DNA of 64,000 bases from the human T2T-CHM13v2.0 reference genome, Homo sapiens, in NCBI RefSeq assembly GCF_009914755.1, contig NC_060925.1; one strand, given 5' to 3'. A model generated the notes under the pieces. That model ran no database searches, had not been told where the DNA came from, and saw nothing but the letters and a program-made list of their open reading frames with translations. The position numbers and the translations under genes are program-made. Each line of letters starts with the position of its first letter. Position 1 is the stretch's first letter. Shown here piece by piece: positions 26,271-41,354 of the stretch.

Positions 26271-29179
26271 CCTAACATTTTTTATCATTTTCATCTGAGA
26301 ATCACCTGTTAATAAATCTAACACCAGCCAGCCTTTCTGAAACTGCCTGAGAGAAAAACCTTGTTACTTTCAAGGAGGCAATACACAATGCTGGCCACTG
26401 TGAGAGGCAGGAATATCTAATCCCTACCTCCCCACTACCCCATGTATCTAGTGAGATCTCGATCTCACCCTTTACCTTGCTTTCCATTTGCATATACAGT
26501 ACATTCTTTCGCTTCTTTATCTAGTAAATAAATTTCTTACTTTAAACAAATGGTTTGCATAGTTAAGTAATACAAGAAACTAGTCTTATATCACCTATAC
26601 TTAGGAAAAAATGTTCCTATTTTTCGGAAGATAAACCAACTAGATCCATCACCTAGCTATCCATATACATCATTTATAATTCTGAAAATGATTTAAAGGA
26701 GTTGAACATTTTAAAAGCCAAAAATAAATATTTCAGAATGGAAGAGTGTATTTCTAATATAATCTTTTATAGTTTCCTTGGTAAAGTCCTACCAGAAAAC
26801 ATTTAAATAGAAAAGGTTTTCCAAAATTGATTTAAGGAGTTTAAAATAAAGGTTTTATTACAGAATGCTTTTTGCCCAGTTTTGGCCTTTTCCATTATTC
26901 TAGGGAAAGTGGTGCTCTAGATAATTTATGATACAAAATGGGAAGATATTATACAGTAACCAAATTTATAAGGGGTTTCGTCATAGAATTGGTCTGTTTA
27001 ATTTCAGAAAATAGGTGTGAATGACAATGTTCACAATTTGAAGTAGCAAAAGTCATTCAGCCAAAAAAGGACCCTGCCAAGAACAGAAAAAAAGCATTAC
27101 CATCTGTCATACATTTATGCTTTTTTGGTATAATAAATTGTTTCCCCCACTAAATATAAGTTGAAACTTTATAAGCATATACTTTACTACATAAATTTTC
27201 CCATATGTCAGTGGCTAAAACAAAACTATACTATTTGGAAAATTTTCTTTCACATTGGCAGGGTTACTCCTGGTTTGTTTGATTTAGTTTTTCCAGTATG
27301 AGTTTGCATTTGATATGTTTAGCTTACCAAAGACTGTCCACTTTCAGGGATGCATGATTTCTTTAGGCTATGATTACTAAATAAGTTATTTCTTCAAGTA
27401 TTATGCTTTGATCTTATAATTCACTCTTACTCAGGTGTGAAGTCAGCCATATTACTTTTCATACTTGAAAGGTTTAGCCAACTATTGATGCATCCAGTAC
27501 TTCCATTGTTGTCAGGTAACAGCAGGAACTATAGACCAAGTCACTTCTAGGCCAGGATTCCAGGTATTCAAAATCCATTTAGCTGCAGCAACCAACTTGC
27601 CTTGGGTTAAGAAGGCCTCACAGATGTCTACTGATTTCTCCAGTTGGTATCTTACATCCAAGAACACCTCTCGGTATACATATGTCTTGTTCACACCATG
27701 ATCTTTGCATTTCTAACCTTCAAAATAGAGTGCTATAATGCCCTGTCTTTTTTATTGTGTGTGATACAAAGGGCTAGGTGTCTTTCAGCTACAGGGTCCA
27801 AAACATATGGAGAATATTATACCTGCATTCTATGGTCAGCATTAGCTTCCTATTTATTTTTGAGTGCTATTTAAAGTGTTGACTTTAATCTTTAAAACCC
27901 CTCATTGTTTAGAAGCCAGTTACTCCAGATATCACATCTCTCCCTATGCATCACTGTGGCAATTAAAATCAGCTGCAGTGCTTGCAATTTGTAATCCCGT
28001 GTGAATTCTGGGGAGCCTGGGAGTAGATCACTTTCCAGAGAAGAACTACCCTAAGAACCCTCAGTTTCTGTCAATGATAAAAGCAGTATTTGTAGTTTAT
28101 AGTTTTGGCCTTGAATGTCTTGTCATATATCTGTAAGTGTCTGGAACCATAATTAAGTGCTGTTGATTTAATTTTTATGTTATTTGTAGTGAGAGAGTTT
28201 AGAATACCAAATCTACATTTAATGAATCAGAAAAATAACAACTGTACATAGTAAAAATAGACAAAGCTAAAAGTCATCTGTTTCATATTTGTTAGTGTGG
28301 GAGTTTTCACTCTAGTGTTCTCTCAAGTCCTTCTTTGAATCTAATTTTAATATCTTCAGTGAAGGGATTTGCCCTGAATCCTTAGGGAACCATTTCAAAA
28401 TCCATAACTCATGTAATTTATTTCTCTAAATGCTTACCTAAATGTTTGATTTCTTAATGTTTTATCAGATGTCTGTTACTTATAAATGTGTGCTATGTTA
28501 AATAATAACTTTCTTTTTGCTGTATACAAGGTCCAAAAGCTATAGTTGAGGTAAACCTACTCCAATCTAACAGACTACACCAAGTAATATTATGCCAGAT
28601 CATGGAACATTCTTTTGGAGAGAACAGATGATTGGTAATGGGGCTCTGAGGACCTGGTAGCACTGTATATGTGGCTTAGGTGAAGAGTGGTGTCTACCAC
28701 TTTTCTTACCCATCCGTCTTCAACTTCTCATTCCTTTTTCCAGCCTAACCCTCAGCCTTCTTCAAAAAATTCAGAATACCACTAGGAAGATTTCCAAATG
28801 ACTTCCTAGGAAGTTTGTCTCTGACTATGATCTTGTAAATGTTAAATGCAACTGTGTTACTCACCTTTTTCTGTCTTACCATGTATGCCAAACCATAGTT
28901 CCATGAATTAATTTTGCTTTGCTAGATTCCAATTTTCGTGTAATATCTTGTTATGGAGGGAACCCCAACCAAAGGCTGTAGGATACCATAGTGCCCCACT
29001 TATTGAGAAGGGGTTATCATTCAGTAGGACCCAATTACTTCATTTCCTCCTATATTTCAAGCTCACAGATCATTTGCTTACCTAATAACTATAAAATGCT
29101 CTTTCTTAGTATTTTATACTATATTCATCTCTTGGTAAGAAAATGTTTATCTGATTAAATAAAATTGTATTTCCTAGTT

Positions 29180-29635
29180 GACCGGTGTTGCCATTTAGAG
29201 GGATGGGAATGCTAGAAAAAGAAGGTTCTGGAGGGGTTGGGTGGTAGGTGAGGAAATTATGATTTTGGTTTTAGACATGTTCAGTGTGTGTACCGTTGAG
29301 ACATCCAGATGTCTCAGGCAATTGGATATGTGGGCCTGGTGCTCACAGCAGGGATAGACATGGGTGAATCATCAGCATATGAGGTTGAGTTTGCCTGGAG
29401 AGACCACCAAATGAACAGGGGAGCAGAATCTAGAGCTGAACCTTTAGGAGACTGTGGTTGTGAGAAAGAAAATAGATATGCGACCAAAGAGGTGTGTCAC
29501 TGGAGCCAAAGGACAGGATGAGAGCATTTCTAAAATGTGGGAGTGTCCAGCAGTGTTAAATGCTACTGAGAGGTCAAGTGAGAAAGACTGAAAAATGCTT
29601 GCTGGATTTAGGGAAGAAAAGGTCAGCAGTAGTTA
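29180..29635 (-). mobile_element. L2 fragment
   Basis: ttttggttttagacatgtt...gtgttaaatgctactgagaggtcaagt. Confidence 0.8.
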
Positions 29636-29779
29636 CCTACTCCACTTTAGCTACATTCACTTGAATGCATTTCCTATGAAGGTAATTTTTCCTACTGTTC
29701 TTGGGTCAAACTGATCTGTAAGAGTGATTTTTTTAAAAAAATTACATTTCTGATAGTTTGATATGTGGTAGATTTATGG

Positions 29780-31446
29780 GCTGAAAGAATTAATATTGTT
29801 AAAATGTCCGTACTACCCAAGGTGACCTAAAGATTCAGTGCAATCCCTATCAAAATTCCAGTGGCATTCTTCACAGAAATAGAAAAAAAAAATCCTAAAA
29901 TTTATATGAAACCACAAAAGACTCTGAATTGCTGTAAAGCAACCCCAAGCAAAAAGAATAGAGACAGAGGTATTAATATTACCTTACCTGACTTTAAACT
30001 AAACTACAAAGTTATAGTAATCAAAACAACATGGTACTGGCATAAAAACACATAGACCAATGAAACAGAATAGAGAACCCAGATACAAATCCATGTATTT
30101 ACAGTGAACTTATTTTCAACAAAGGCTGCAAAAACATACCCTGGAGAAAGGACAGTCTCTTCAATAAATGGCACTGGGAAAACTGGACAACCACTAGAAT
30201 AAAACATTGGAGAAATGCTTTGGAACACTGGCCTAGGCAAAGATTTCTTGAGTAGGACCTCAAAAGCACAGGCAACAGAAGCAAAAAGGGATAAATGTGA
30301 TCTTATTAAGTTAAAAAGCTTCTGCACAGCAAATGAAACAGTCAATAGTGAAGAGACAACCCACAGAATGAGAGAAAATATTTGCAAACTATTTAAATGA
30401 CAAGAGATTGTTAGCTAAACTATATAAAGAACACAAACTACTCAATAGCAAAAAAAATTTTTAATGTCAAATAATTGGATTAAAATGTGAGCAAAAGATC
30501 TGAATAGACATTTCTCAAAAGAAGGCATACATATGGTCAACAGGTATATGAAAAATTGTTCCACATCACCAAACATCAGAGAAATGCAAATCAAAATCAC
30601 AATGAAACATCATCTCACCCCAGTTAAAATGGCTTTATCGAAATGACAAAAAATAGCAGTTGCCAGTGAGGATGTAAAGAAAGATGAAATCTTGTACACT
30701 GCTGGTGAGAATGTAAAGTAGTACAGACACTATGGAGAACGGTATGGAGGTTCCTCAAAAATCTCAGAACTATTGTATGATCTGGCAATCCCACTGCTGG
30801 GTATATATCCAAAAGAAAAGAAATCAGTATATTAAAGAGATGTCTTCATGCCCATGTTTATTGTAGCACTATTCACAATAGTTAACATATGGAATCAACC
30901 TGTGTCCATCAATGGATTGGTGGATAAAGAAAATGGGGTACATATACACAATGAAATATTATTTGGCTATAAAAAGGAATTAACTCTTGTTGTTTGAAAC
31001 AACATGGATGGAACTGGAGGACAGTAAGCAAAATAAGCTAGGCACAGAAAGATAAATATTATATATTCTCACTTAAGTGTGGGAGCTAAAAGATTGATCT
31101 CATGGAGATAGAGAGTAGAATTATGGTTACCAGAGACTGATTAAGGTAGTAGGGACTGGTGGGGAATAAAGAGGCGTTGGTCAATGGGTACAAAAATACA
31201 GATAGATGGAATAAAATCTAGTGTTTGGTAGAACAATAGGGCAACTATAGTTAATTTTATATTTCAAAATTACTAGAAGACTGGAATTGGAATGTTTGTA
31301 ACAGAAAGAAATGATAAGTGTTTGAGGTAATAGATATCCCAATTACCCTGATTTGATCGTTACACATTGTATGCTTGTATCAAAATATCACGTTCTCTAG
31401 AAATATGTGCAAATATTATGTATCCCTAAAATATAAAAATAAAAAT
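29780..31446 (+). mobile_element. L1MA-type 3' fragment with internal deletions
   Basis: Peptide [23 protein letters not shown]1MA 3'UTR and an A-rich end. Confidence 0.9.
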
Positions 31447-31524
31447 TTTGTTTAAATCGTGTAAACTGCGAAAATCATATCTATTACAATACACAGTTTT
31501 TATTGTATACATTTTCTTATTTGT

Positions 31525-31818
31525 AATTTTTTTCCTTTTTTTGAGACGGAGTCTCGCTGCGTTGCCCAGGCTGGAGTGGCGCTATCCCAGCACGCTGCAA
31601 GCCCCGCCTCCCGGGTTCACGCCATTCTCCTGCCTCAGCCTCCCAAGTAGCTGGGACTACAGGCGCTGCCACCATACCTGGCTAATTGTTTTCTATTTTT
31701 AGTAGAGACGGGGTTTCACCGTGTTAGCCAGGATGGTCTCGATTTCCTGACCTCGTGATCTGCCCGCCTTGGCCTCCCAAAGTGCTGGGATTATAGGCGT
31801 GAGCCACCGTACCCGGCC
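31525..31818 (-). mobile_element. AluY-like
   Basis: Dimer with flanking tgtaattttt repeats. Confidence 0.93.
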
Positions 31819-32979
31819 TGTAATTTTTTAAAGATATCAGTGAGCACTGGCTTCTATGCACAGTATAAAGAAATTTTCACAACACTGGCATCTTTTAAGT
31901 TTTAAAATGTAATAGTAAGGAAATCATCTTATTAAAATCTACTTTAAGCATGTTTTGTGAATGCATCAGTCTGAAAAGGGAGGAAGGATTATGTCATACT
32001 GAGGGAAAGGCCCTATATTGCATTTCTGTCCGCTTTCAAATACACATTCTCAGAAAACGTCCAACAAAAGTTTTACCATTTGGTTGACAAAAATGAATAT
32101 AAGGAAAGGATATGAGAAAAAAGAAAGCACTTGAAGTCAGACAGTAGGAAGCAAAGGAAAACGTTAAGAAAAGACTCATTCAAAAACAAAATTTCAGCCA
32201 ATGCACAAGTCTATCAGCAGAACAAATAATGCTTCTAAAGGTGGTGGTGTAGGCTGGTTTCTCTGTCTCGCTCCACTTCTGAATGAATCTGTTCAGGTCT
32301 TCTGCCATTTCCTTTATGGGAGCCAACTGTTTCTAACTCTGCCCACCCAAATAACAGCTTTATTGGCTCTTTCTTATATTTCAACTATATTAAACAAAAC
32401 TTCATTGTCTGTTATGCTTTGATTTTTGTGCTTTACTTTTTGTTTTGTAAATAGCAGTACCTTCTTTATGCTCCCATGGTTCTTTCTTTCTTTCTGTCTG
32501 TCTTTCTTTCTTTCTTAAAGCTGGTTAGTTATAATCTTTAGGCTTCTATTTTTGTTCAAAATCAAGTTACACAATTTGCCAATAATCCACATTTTAAAAC
32601 TTTTATGATTATTTTTGAATAACTGTATGCACTTCACCTGAGCCGGCTGTCTTAATCCTTTAGAGTGTGGCTATTTTCCACTATTATACTTTTGGGTAAT
32701 AACCATTGCCAATTTTATCCCACTAAGTAAATTCCTCATTTTATGGAAATTGTTTTTATAAAGCTTAAGTTACTCACATTTATACCCATAATCTCTTCTC
32801 CCTCCCTGTTCAGTCTGGTAGTCGTTTGAAACCCTATTAAGCTATTTGTTATCACAGTTTCTAAAACTCCTCCTGATATTAGCTGTTCAACTTGTCATAT
32901 ACTCCTTCTTCAACACAGGAGGCTAATTAAAAATTGGAGAATCCAATCACAGGGCTGAGAGGCACTTTCACAGGGCATC

Positions 32980-33228
32980 TTGTGCTAAGAGAACAACATT
33001 CTTTCTCCTGGGTTCAATTCCCTTCACCGCTCCTTGTAGGCTGTTTGATGACCTTGAGCAAATTATTTAACCCCTCTTTGCTTCACTTTTTTGTTTTGTT
33101 TTTAAAAATGAAATGGGAATAATTATGTTTGCATTGTAGGACTGTTGTGAAGGTGAAAGTCGTAGCTATCAATGATTAGAACAGTTCATAGCACATACTA
33201 TGCCCTTGATAAATGTTAGCTAATATTT
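32980..33228 (+). mobile_element. MIR
   Basis: cctgggttcaattccc...tgaccttgagcaaattatttaacccctct...ataaatgttagct. Confidence 0.8.
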
Positions 33229-33235
33229 TAAACAT

Positions 33236-34405
33236 TAATGTTTTATTTTAGAATAGTTGTAGTTTTACAGTAAAGTTTCAAAGATAGTGCAGAGGGTTTG
33301 CATGTATCCGCATCCAGTTTCCCCTATTGGTAACATCTTAAATTAAGTATGGTATATTTGTTGCAACAATGAACTAATATTAATATGCTAACGAATAGTT
33401 TTAACCCAATGTCCTTTTTCTGTTCCAGGAGCCCACCCAGGATACTACATTACATTCAGATGTCATGTCTCCTTAGGCTCCTGCAGACTGACAATTTCTC
33501 AAACTTTGTTTTTGATGACTTTGACAATTTTGAGGTGGTATGATAATTTGTGAAGTGTTTCTCATGCTTAGCCTGGAGTTACAAGGTTGGAGAAAAAGAC
33601 CAAAGATGTGAAGTGCCATTCTCATCACATCATGTCAAGGGTACATGCTGTTAACATGAATTAACATCGATGATGTTAACCTTGATGTCCTGGCTGAGGT
33701 AGTTTATTAGGCTTTTTCTCTACAAAGTTACTCCCCTCCCCGTACCTTTCCTTACTGTGTTTTTGGGAAGGAAGTCACTACGTGCAGCTCACCCTTAAAG
33801 TATGGGAAGTTACACTCCAACATGCTTTAGGGGGGTAGTATCTATTCCTACATAAATAACTTGAAATTTTTCTGTATGGGAAATTTTCTACCTCATTAAT
33901 TTATTTATTCAGTCATTTGCTTACCTCAGTAATGACTCATGAATGTTTATCCTTTGGGTTGTATTCCCAATGTACTATACTATTTATTTACTTTATTGTT
34001 CAGTCAGTTGCCCTAGCTTTGATATTTGCGAGGTCTTTTAATTGGCTCTGCGTCTCCTTAATATACCCCTTTATTGGATTTTTTTTCTTTATTTTCTGGC
34101 ACTACAGATGCTTCAGCCTCATTCATCTTGCATATTACCTGACCCTGCCCTAGAAGCAGGCAGTTTTCCAAGGAGCCCTGGTTCTCTTTCCTGGAGAATG
34201 GTTGAACATGCTGATTGCTACTGGAGTATCTTTTGTTTCTAGGCCCTCTCAGTGGACTGATTTAAGAAATAACCCATGTATACACACATATATATATATA
34301 CACAAAATTACTTCTTTATCTATTTGTGTCTATATTAAGGTAAACACGAGTTCACACTGATATTTCCCACTCTAATCCAGTACCACATGGTTCCTTCTAG
34401 CCTGC
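33236..34405 (-). mobile_element. L1MC-type 3'UTR
   Basis: caatgtcctttttctgttccaggagcccacccaggatactacattacatt...gtgaagtgccattctcatcacatc...ccaaggagccctggttc. Confidence 0.8.
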
Positions 34406-34419
34406 TAATATTTTATTAG

Positions 34420-34562
34420 CTATTCAGCTATTCATTCATTCACTTATTGATTCATTGAACAAATTTTGTTGAGTGTCTGTTATATGCCAGGCCCTGTGCT
34501 CAGCACTGAGGATTAGAGAGTCTGGCGGATACTATCCCTACTCTCATGTAGCTTAGAATCCA
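34420..34562 (-). mobile_element. L2 3' end
   Basis: ttcattcattcac...ttgagtgtctgttatatgccaggccctgtgct. Confidence 0.75.
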
Positions 34563-35199
34563 GTTTACATGTTACATTTTTGCTTTAGTTCTTTGGTACT
34601 ACCAAGGAATGACATCAATCACAACAGCCTATTTCCATATCTCTCTGCATTTTCCCACCATAGTCCATTCTCCCACTTCCAAGATGGCACTACTTTCTAT
34701 TGATCATTCGTTTTCCTCTCTACCCGCATTTCTCCTCTGTCAGCTCTTTGCCCTGTGGGGTTTTCACCTTTCGTTAAAACACTCCAGCAGAAGAGTGGCT
34801 TAGTGCTAAATAAGAGTAGTGTTAGTGTACCTCCCGTTTGTGTTGCACATTTGAAAGGTCCTTCACATCTCATTTTTGAGTATAGAATTATGTAAAGAAT
34901 CATACGGTATTACCAAGGTGCTTTGTTTAGGGTGGCATCTTATGATTGCCACTCACATGTAAATTCATATGGGATTTGTTATCACCTACTGCTATCTCGA
35001 ATTGGAGGACCTGTGTTATTCTCTTATGAAGACAATCTCTATTGATGCAAAACTGTAAAGTACCTCTGATTTTAATGCTTCTCTTTTCTGTTTACTGAAA
35101 AGATTTTCATGCTTTTAAAGCTTTAATGATTTTAATACTTTTCTTTGCTGTTCATTGAAAATCTATCATTATATCTCTTTCACTCTGAAGGTCATTATA

Positions 35200-36560
35200 T
35201 TTGCCTTCTTTTTTATTGAGTAAATGTTCTAGAAATTTGTCAATGTTACTAGTCTTTCTAATAACAACTTTGGGCTTGTTTGATCCTCTCTATTGCGTGT
35301 TTGTTTTCTGTTTCATTATGTTTTGCCCTTTTTAATTTCCTTACTTTTATTTTCTATATTCTGTTCTCAAATTTATAAAGTTGAACGCTTAGCACATTAA
35401 TTTTAGCCTTTTAAATTTGGTAATATAATCATTTAAGCCCTCATGTTTCCCTCTAATTGCTACTTTGGCTTCATATCACAAGCATTAATATATAGAGGAT
35501 TTATTATTATTTAGTGCTTTACAATTTCTAATTTTCATTGTAATTTATTTTTTGACCCATGAATTATTAGCATTTTGATTTTGTTTTCAAATATGGGTGA
35601 GTTTCCCCCAGTTATCTATTTAATTTTGATTTCTATTTAATTGTGTTATGAATAGTTTTTTTAAAATGATGTTCTTTGAATTCTTTATCTGTCTAATCTG
35701 CTGTTTAACATTTTATTGTATTTTATTTATTTATTTTTAAAATTTCAGCTCTCGTACATCTATATGATTCACTTTTTCTAAATCTACCTGGTACTTTGTT
35801 TAGAGAGTATCTTATTCCTTGATCCACTTACTGTTCTCTTTTATTTCTTTTGACATATTAAGCATACTTACTCCATATTCTTAATTGATAATTCTACCAT
35901 TAGAAGCATTAGGTGTGCTTGAATATATCTTCTTTGTTTCTACTCTTATTCAAGGACTGTTGTCTCCTTGTGCATTTTATTATTATTTTCTATAAGTTAA
36001 TATTAATGAAATATTTCAGGCCTGGATTGAAGGTGTCTTTCTCTCATAAATATGTGTATGCGAATTCTTGATTTGAAGTTTTGTGGATCACTTACTACAA
36101 ACCTGTGTGAAGGTGGGCTTGAAATCTCAGGAAAAATTTATTTTTCACTCTGCTCCAGAGCTGGGACAAGCAAATTTCTTTGCTGTCATTGTCTGTGGAG
36201 TGGGATTTATGTATGTATGCATTTCAGTTTTCCGTTTTACTAAGGGTATATATACTCCTTTGGGTCTCAGCTCTATGTGGGAGTCTGCTATAGATTGCCT
36301 ATGTGTAGAGGCTATGGCTATTTTCTCTAGTCCCTCCACTTTTCTCAGGGTTGCCAAAATGGAAGCTCATGGTCACTTTGATGCTTCTTTATCTTTCTGG
36401 TTTCCTGCTTTCACTTTGTCTTTTGGCCTTTGATGAATTCCCTTCTATACTTGTCAGCTCAATTATATATTTTTAAAAATTATTTTATTCAGAATCATAA
36501 AGTATTTTGTAAGAAGAAGGTTGTTCATTGTATTTAGTGTATCATGCTGTCAGAAACATA
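35200..36560 (-). mobile_element. Very old L1 (L1ME/L1M5-like) fragments
   Basis: T-rich antisense L1-like sequence, e.g. ttttttgacccatgaattatt. Confidence 0.55.
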
Positions 36561-38399
36561 AATTTTATAATCTTTCTTCAAATTGTCTATCCTTGACAAG
36601 GCAGCTTTAAAAATGAAACAATAAAACTATGAAACAGAATGTAACTGCTTTCCTTTTAAATTAATTATCCCCACATTGAAGAATTCCTATGACCAATTGG
36701 TGAAAGTCTGATAATTTTGCTTCAATATTTGCAGGCTTATGTGTATTTATAACACCCAAGAAAGTATGTATATTTTAATGTGAATCTGTTTGCATGAATT
36801 TATTTTTCCTTAAATTGATTTTTATACTTTGCTTCTCCACCCTAAAAATGAACTAATTCTGTCCAATGATAGAAATATTTGGATATAAGGGAGGAACCTA
36901 TATAAGGTGGTAAAATATCTAAAAAATTCAACCATAGGACTATTCCTAGGAAGAGCCCAAGGTCTTTAACCCTAATCCCCTCCCTCTCAAAAATTAGACA
37001 ACACACATAAGCCAAAATACAACAGAAGGATCTTCTGAGACTGAGATTGAATAAATCTCAGCGTGGAATAAATGCCATTGCCATCAAAGACATTATCTAC
37101 CACATGAGAGAGGGATACTGAGCACATATGTGGGGCAGAGGAAATCCTTTAGTCAAAGGTCACACATTACTAAGCAACAAACTGTACAAAGTCACTTACT
37201 GTGGGAAAAACATAGATATAAAAATTCAGATTTGAGTGGAACTATGCACTGGATTTATTCTTTTTTTTTTTCTGGTGTATTGGGCCCTACATTGCCTTTG
37301 AGAAATGAACAATGCACTAACAAATATGAAGGAGGGTGGTTAGAAAGAGATGGAGTGGGCTGCTGGTGGTATAATGACTCTGTGTTGCATTTCTTGAGCA
37401 TTTTGAAGTAGGAGAGAGCAGAAAAGAAAAGTACGAAAAGCATGAGGAGGAAGGTACTAGGGCTTAGATTTTCAAAACAGAAAGACTAGTTGTAGCAACC
37501 AAGTGGAGGAATGTCGGGGAGCTTTTTGGATTTTCTTTGGTTGGCTAAGGGGAAACTAATTTTGTCTTGATTCAGATTCCCTTTATAATTGCCTTTTGCC
37601 TCTGCATTTATATCCAGGCATAGTATGGAATAATCGAAGAACTCTATTCAACTTCCTGTCAAACTTTCTTAAACTAGAAATACCTGACTTTTCTCAATGA
37701 GTTGCATGTCCAGTGTCCATTGAAATGCTGATGTAAAAGTATCTGTCTGAAATACTTGTAAATCACAACTGTAATACGAATAGTTCTATACTTATTAGAT
37801 TCTATTTAGCAGCTCAGGAAAGGAGAAAGGACAGATATTTTCCAAACCCCTAAGTTCAAATTCAGAATGTTCCCAGCTTTACATAAAGTGAATATTTATT
37901 TTTTACTTTACTTACCCTTTTCATTTTCATTAGAGCCTTAAGATAGGTATTTATCTGAAAAGACATGTACTTACACAATTTAATTCTTGCTAATTGGGAT
38001 TCACGCTGAGATAAATAAGAGTTCAAAACTTTGCTTTGCAGAAATTCATAAGACTTAAGTTCAGCTGAAATATCCAATTCAGAATATTGCAGCTCTGAAA
38101 TTGAGTTAGTCACTCCCTCCTCATGTATTGCATATTGTCACCATGATTTTGGTTAAAATCATGATTCTGATTATGGTTGGCAGGCACAATGAGAAAAATC
38201 TTTTTATAAGTTTTCACAGGGATACACTCACCAAAAAGAAGACCAAATTACTGGTTCTCACTTCAATAAATATTTTTACATATACTATGAAAAACACCAT
38301 TTACCCATAGTGCCAAAAACAGATTGTAGGAAGCCTTGGTAAAAGGAACATTATTACAGTGCTTAGCACATATAAATTCAGTAAATATTAGGTTTTCAT

Positions 38400-38505
38400 T
38401 TTCATTTCTTCTTCTTTATTCTTTTCCCTTCCTCCTCCTCCTCCCCGTCTCCTTCCTCCTCCCCCTCTCCCTCCTCTCTCTCCTCCTCCTCCTCCCTCTT
38501 CTCCA
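38400..38505 (+). repeat. Polypyrimidine (CCT/CT-rich) low-complexity tract
   Basis: cctcctcctcctccccgtctccttcctcct... Confidence 0.9.
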
Positions 38506-38904
38506 TTACCCTTATAAATATATTTCACCAGTAACTTGTAATAAGGTTGTGCTGAGGGTCTCTGATAAACACTATCTCACACATATAAAATCTCCGTGGC
38601 TGTTTTATTTTATTCTAGCAACTAATGCTTCTACTTCATCTCCCATATTAGTCAGAAACCTCCCTTTCTCTATCTCCTCTTCTGACCTCTCGCTTCTCAC
38701 TGGGATCTATCTCGTTTTTTGTTGTGGATGCTGTTTTAATGTCAGGAAAAAAGGATTCCTCTCCCTGTTTCAGCCTGGGAAAGGAGAAGGGATAAATATT
38801 TTCCCAATCTCCCAAGTTGAAATTCAGAAGGAATTGCCCTAGAAACTAAATCTAAATGACAGTAACCAAAATGAGGAAGCAACATTCAGGCTTATAAAAC
38901 GTTC

Positions 38905-38993
38905 TCTAAGTTATAACAACAAAGAAGCTGATCAGTGGGAGGATAGGGTGAAACTGTTCTCTGATTCAGAGAAAGAAACCTCCAAACTCTGGT
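38905..38993 (+). repeat. 89-bp local direct duplication, copy A
   Basis: Matches 39760-39848 with 4 mismatches by my count. Confidence 0.95.
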
Positions 38994-39092
38994 AGTTTCA
39001 GAAAAGAGCTAGAAAGGACTTGAATGAAGATAGAGAACATTGCATGGGTGAAAGAGTTGGCCCAAGCAAAATTTCGAAGAGGAAATTACTGT

Positions 39093-39094
<2 letters not shown>

Positions 39095-39128
<34 letters not shown>
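39095..39128 (+). repeat. (TG)n microsatellite
   Basis: Directly visible. Confidence 0.97.
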
Positions 39129-39129
<1 letters not shown>

Positions 39130-39759
39130 TGTGCTGGTCAGTTGGCATGTGGGTAGGGTACAGCAATGAGTACAGTGTGATTGGAATCAAGAATGCATTC
39201 AAATAAAGACAGGCCAGATATAAAATCGCCAGTGTTAAGACAGATTACAGAAGCTCCTCTTGGAAAATTTTAGGAATATGCACCATGATGGGTTTGACTT
39301 CTGGGTCTGGAATTCTGTTAGGCTTTCCAATAGGCCTACACTCCATCTAGAGACTCAGTTCTGACCCAGGCTGTGTTAGTTCATTCTTGCAGTGCTATAA
39401 ATAAATACCTGAGACTGGGTAATTTATGAGAAAAGAGTTTTAATTGTCTCATGGTTCTTCAGGCTGTACAGGAAGCATAATGCTAGCATCTATTTCTGGG
39501 GAGGCCTCAGGAAGCTCACAATCATGGAAGAAGTTGAAGTGGAGGCAGGCATCTCAGATGGTGGGAGCAGGAGCAAGAGCATGAAGGGGGAAATGTCACA
39601 CGTTTAAATGAACTGATCTCATGAGGAGTCACTCACTATCATGAGAATAGTACCAAGGCGATGGTACTAAACCACTCATGAGAAATCCACCCCCATAATT
39701 CAGCTCCCACCAGGTCTCACCTTTTGGGGATTGGGGACTTTTCTTTCTCTTTCTTTCTT

Positions 39760-39848
39760 TCTAAGTTATAGCAATAAAGAAGCTGATCAGTGGGAGGATA
39801 GGGTGAAACTGTTCTCTGATTCAGAAAAAGAAACCTTCAAACTCTGGT
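39760..39848 (+). repeat. 89-bp local direct duplication, copy B (inside the Alu T-rich tail)
   Basis: See copy A. Offset 855 bp. Confidence 0.95.
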
Positions 39849-40165
<317 letters not shown>

Positions 40166-40839
40166 GGGATTATATTACAACATGAGATTTGGGCAGGGAC
40201 ACATGTCCAGTGGACAGTCATGCTTCTGGGACTGGACTGACTTTGCAGCCAGCTTCCCATCACCAGGCTTTTGCCTCGTTCCTTGGTTCCAAGAGCTGCT
40301 CCTTTGCCCTAATTCTAGTATTTGGGTTTTTACCTTACTTCCCCATTCCTGGGTTCTTATTCTGTTCAGGATCTAGGTAACAATACATTCCTACATTCCT
40401 CTCATGTTGGAATCCTTTCTCCTCCAGCTTCTCCTGCCCCTTACTCTGCCTTCTTTGATATTCCCATACATTGGAATCTTTCTGTAAAAGCTAGTTCCTT
40501 TCACTGACACCAGAACTCTTTCATACCCAATTCTTTCTGAAAGTACTACCTGTAGCCTACCATAGAGAATATCCCCAAAACCACCTTGCCATTCTGGGTG
40601 GATCTGTAACATTTCTGTTGCCTACTTGTTTCTGCTCTGTCTACTGGTTATGAGATTATACGTTATCTGGAGATAAACTTTCATTTTGTTACTCCTTACT
40701 TCTGAAGATACCATGCTCTATTCATATTTATTTATCCCCAGGGTTTAGCATATAGAAGGAACCTAGTAAATCTTTGTTGAAAGGATAGAATTCATTTGCT
40801 TTCTAGGCCTTCTATAATTTGGTCCCATTCTCCCCATCC

Positions 40840-41215
40840 CTCTTTTCTTCTCTTTAACACATTCACTGTATTCCAGTTAAATTTGTCTTTGAATAATAGC
40901 TCTTCACATCATAGCTCTTCATCTTCCTCATCCCTTGCGCAGCATCACAGCTAGTCAGTATTTCCAGGACTTTGCTCATGCTGATCCATCATTGAAATGA
41001 TACCTTCTCTCTTGTTCTTTCATCAAGCCTTGCCTCCTTTACGAAAGGTTCATTAATTAGCCAACACTAACAACTTCACTTTTTGGTAATTGCTTCAATG
41101 TCTTAATTGGGTAATCCTAATGATTAAGGGAAGGATCCCCCAGTTGTTACAATCTCTTTCTCTTTGTTTCCATTGTTCCTGGGTCAGTGTCAGGCACACA
41201 GTACAACTCCGGGCT
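40840..41215 (+). mobile_element. L2 fragments
   Basis: ccaggactttgctcatgctg...cagtgtcaggcacacagta. Confidence 0.5.
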
Positions 41216-41354
41216 TACTGTTCGTTCAGTTGATTGCTGCGGGTGTTGGTCCCAAGCACAGAAAAGGCAGTCTCCTCCCACAACGGACTTTCATGCAATC
41301 TCTTTAAGGGCTCGCTGGTCTTTGATGCCTGCCTTGTTAGGCACATAGTAGGTG

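Noticed and set aside
26451-26468. Palindrome GTGAGATC-TC-GATCTCAC
   Set aside because: An 8-bp stem is expected by chance in 64 kb.
27500-28080. Repeat-free stretch that could be a conserved enhancer or exon
   Set aside because: No feature can be supported without alignments.
38336-38842. Longest ORF in the track (168 aa, Leu-rich, membrane-protein-like)
   Set aside because: Non-ATG start, and the open frame is explained by the stop-poor polypyrimidine tract.
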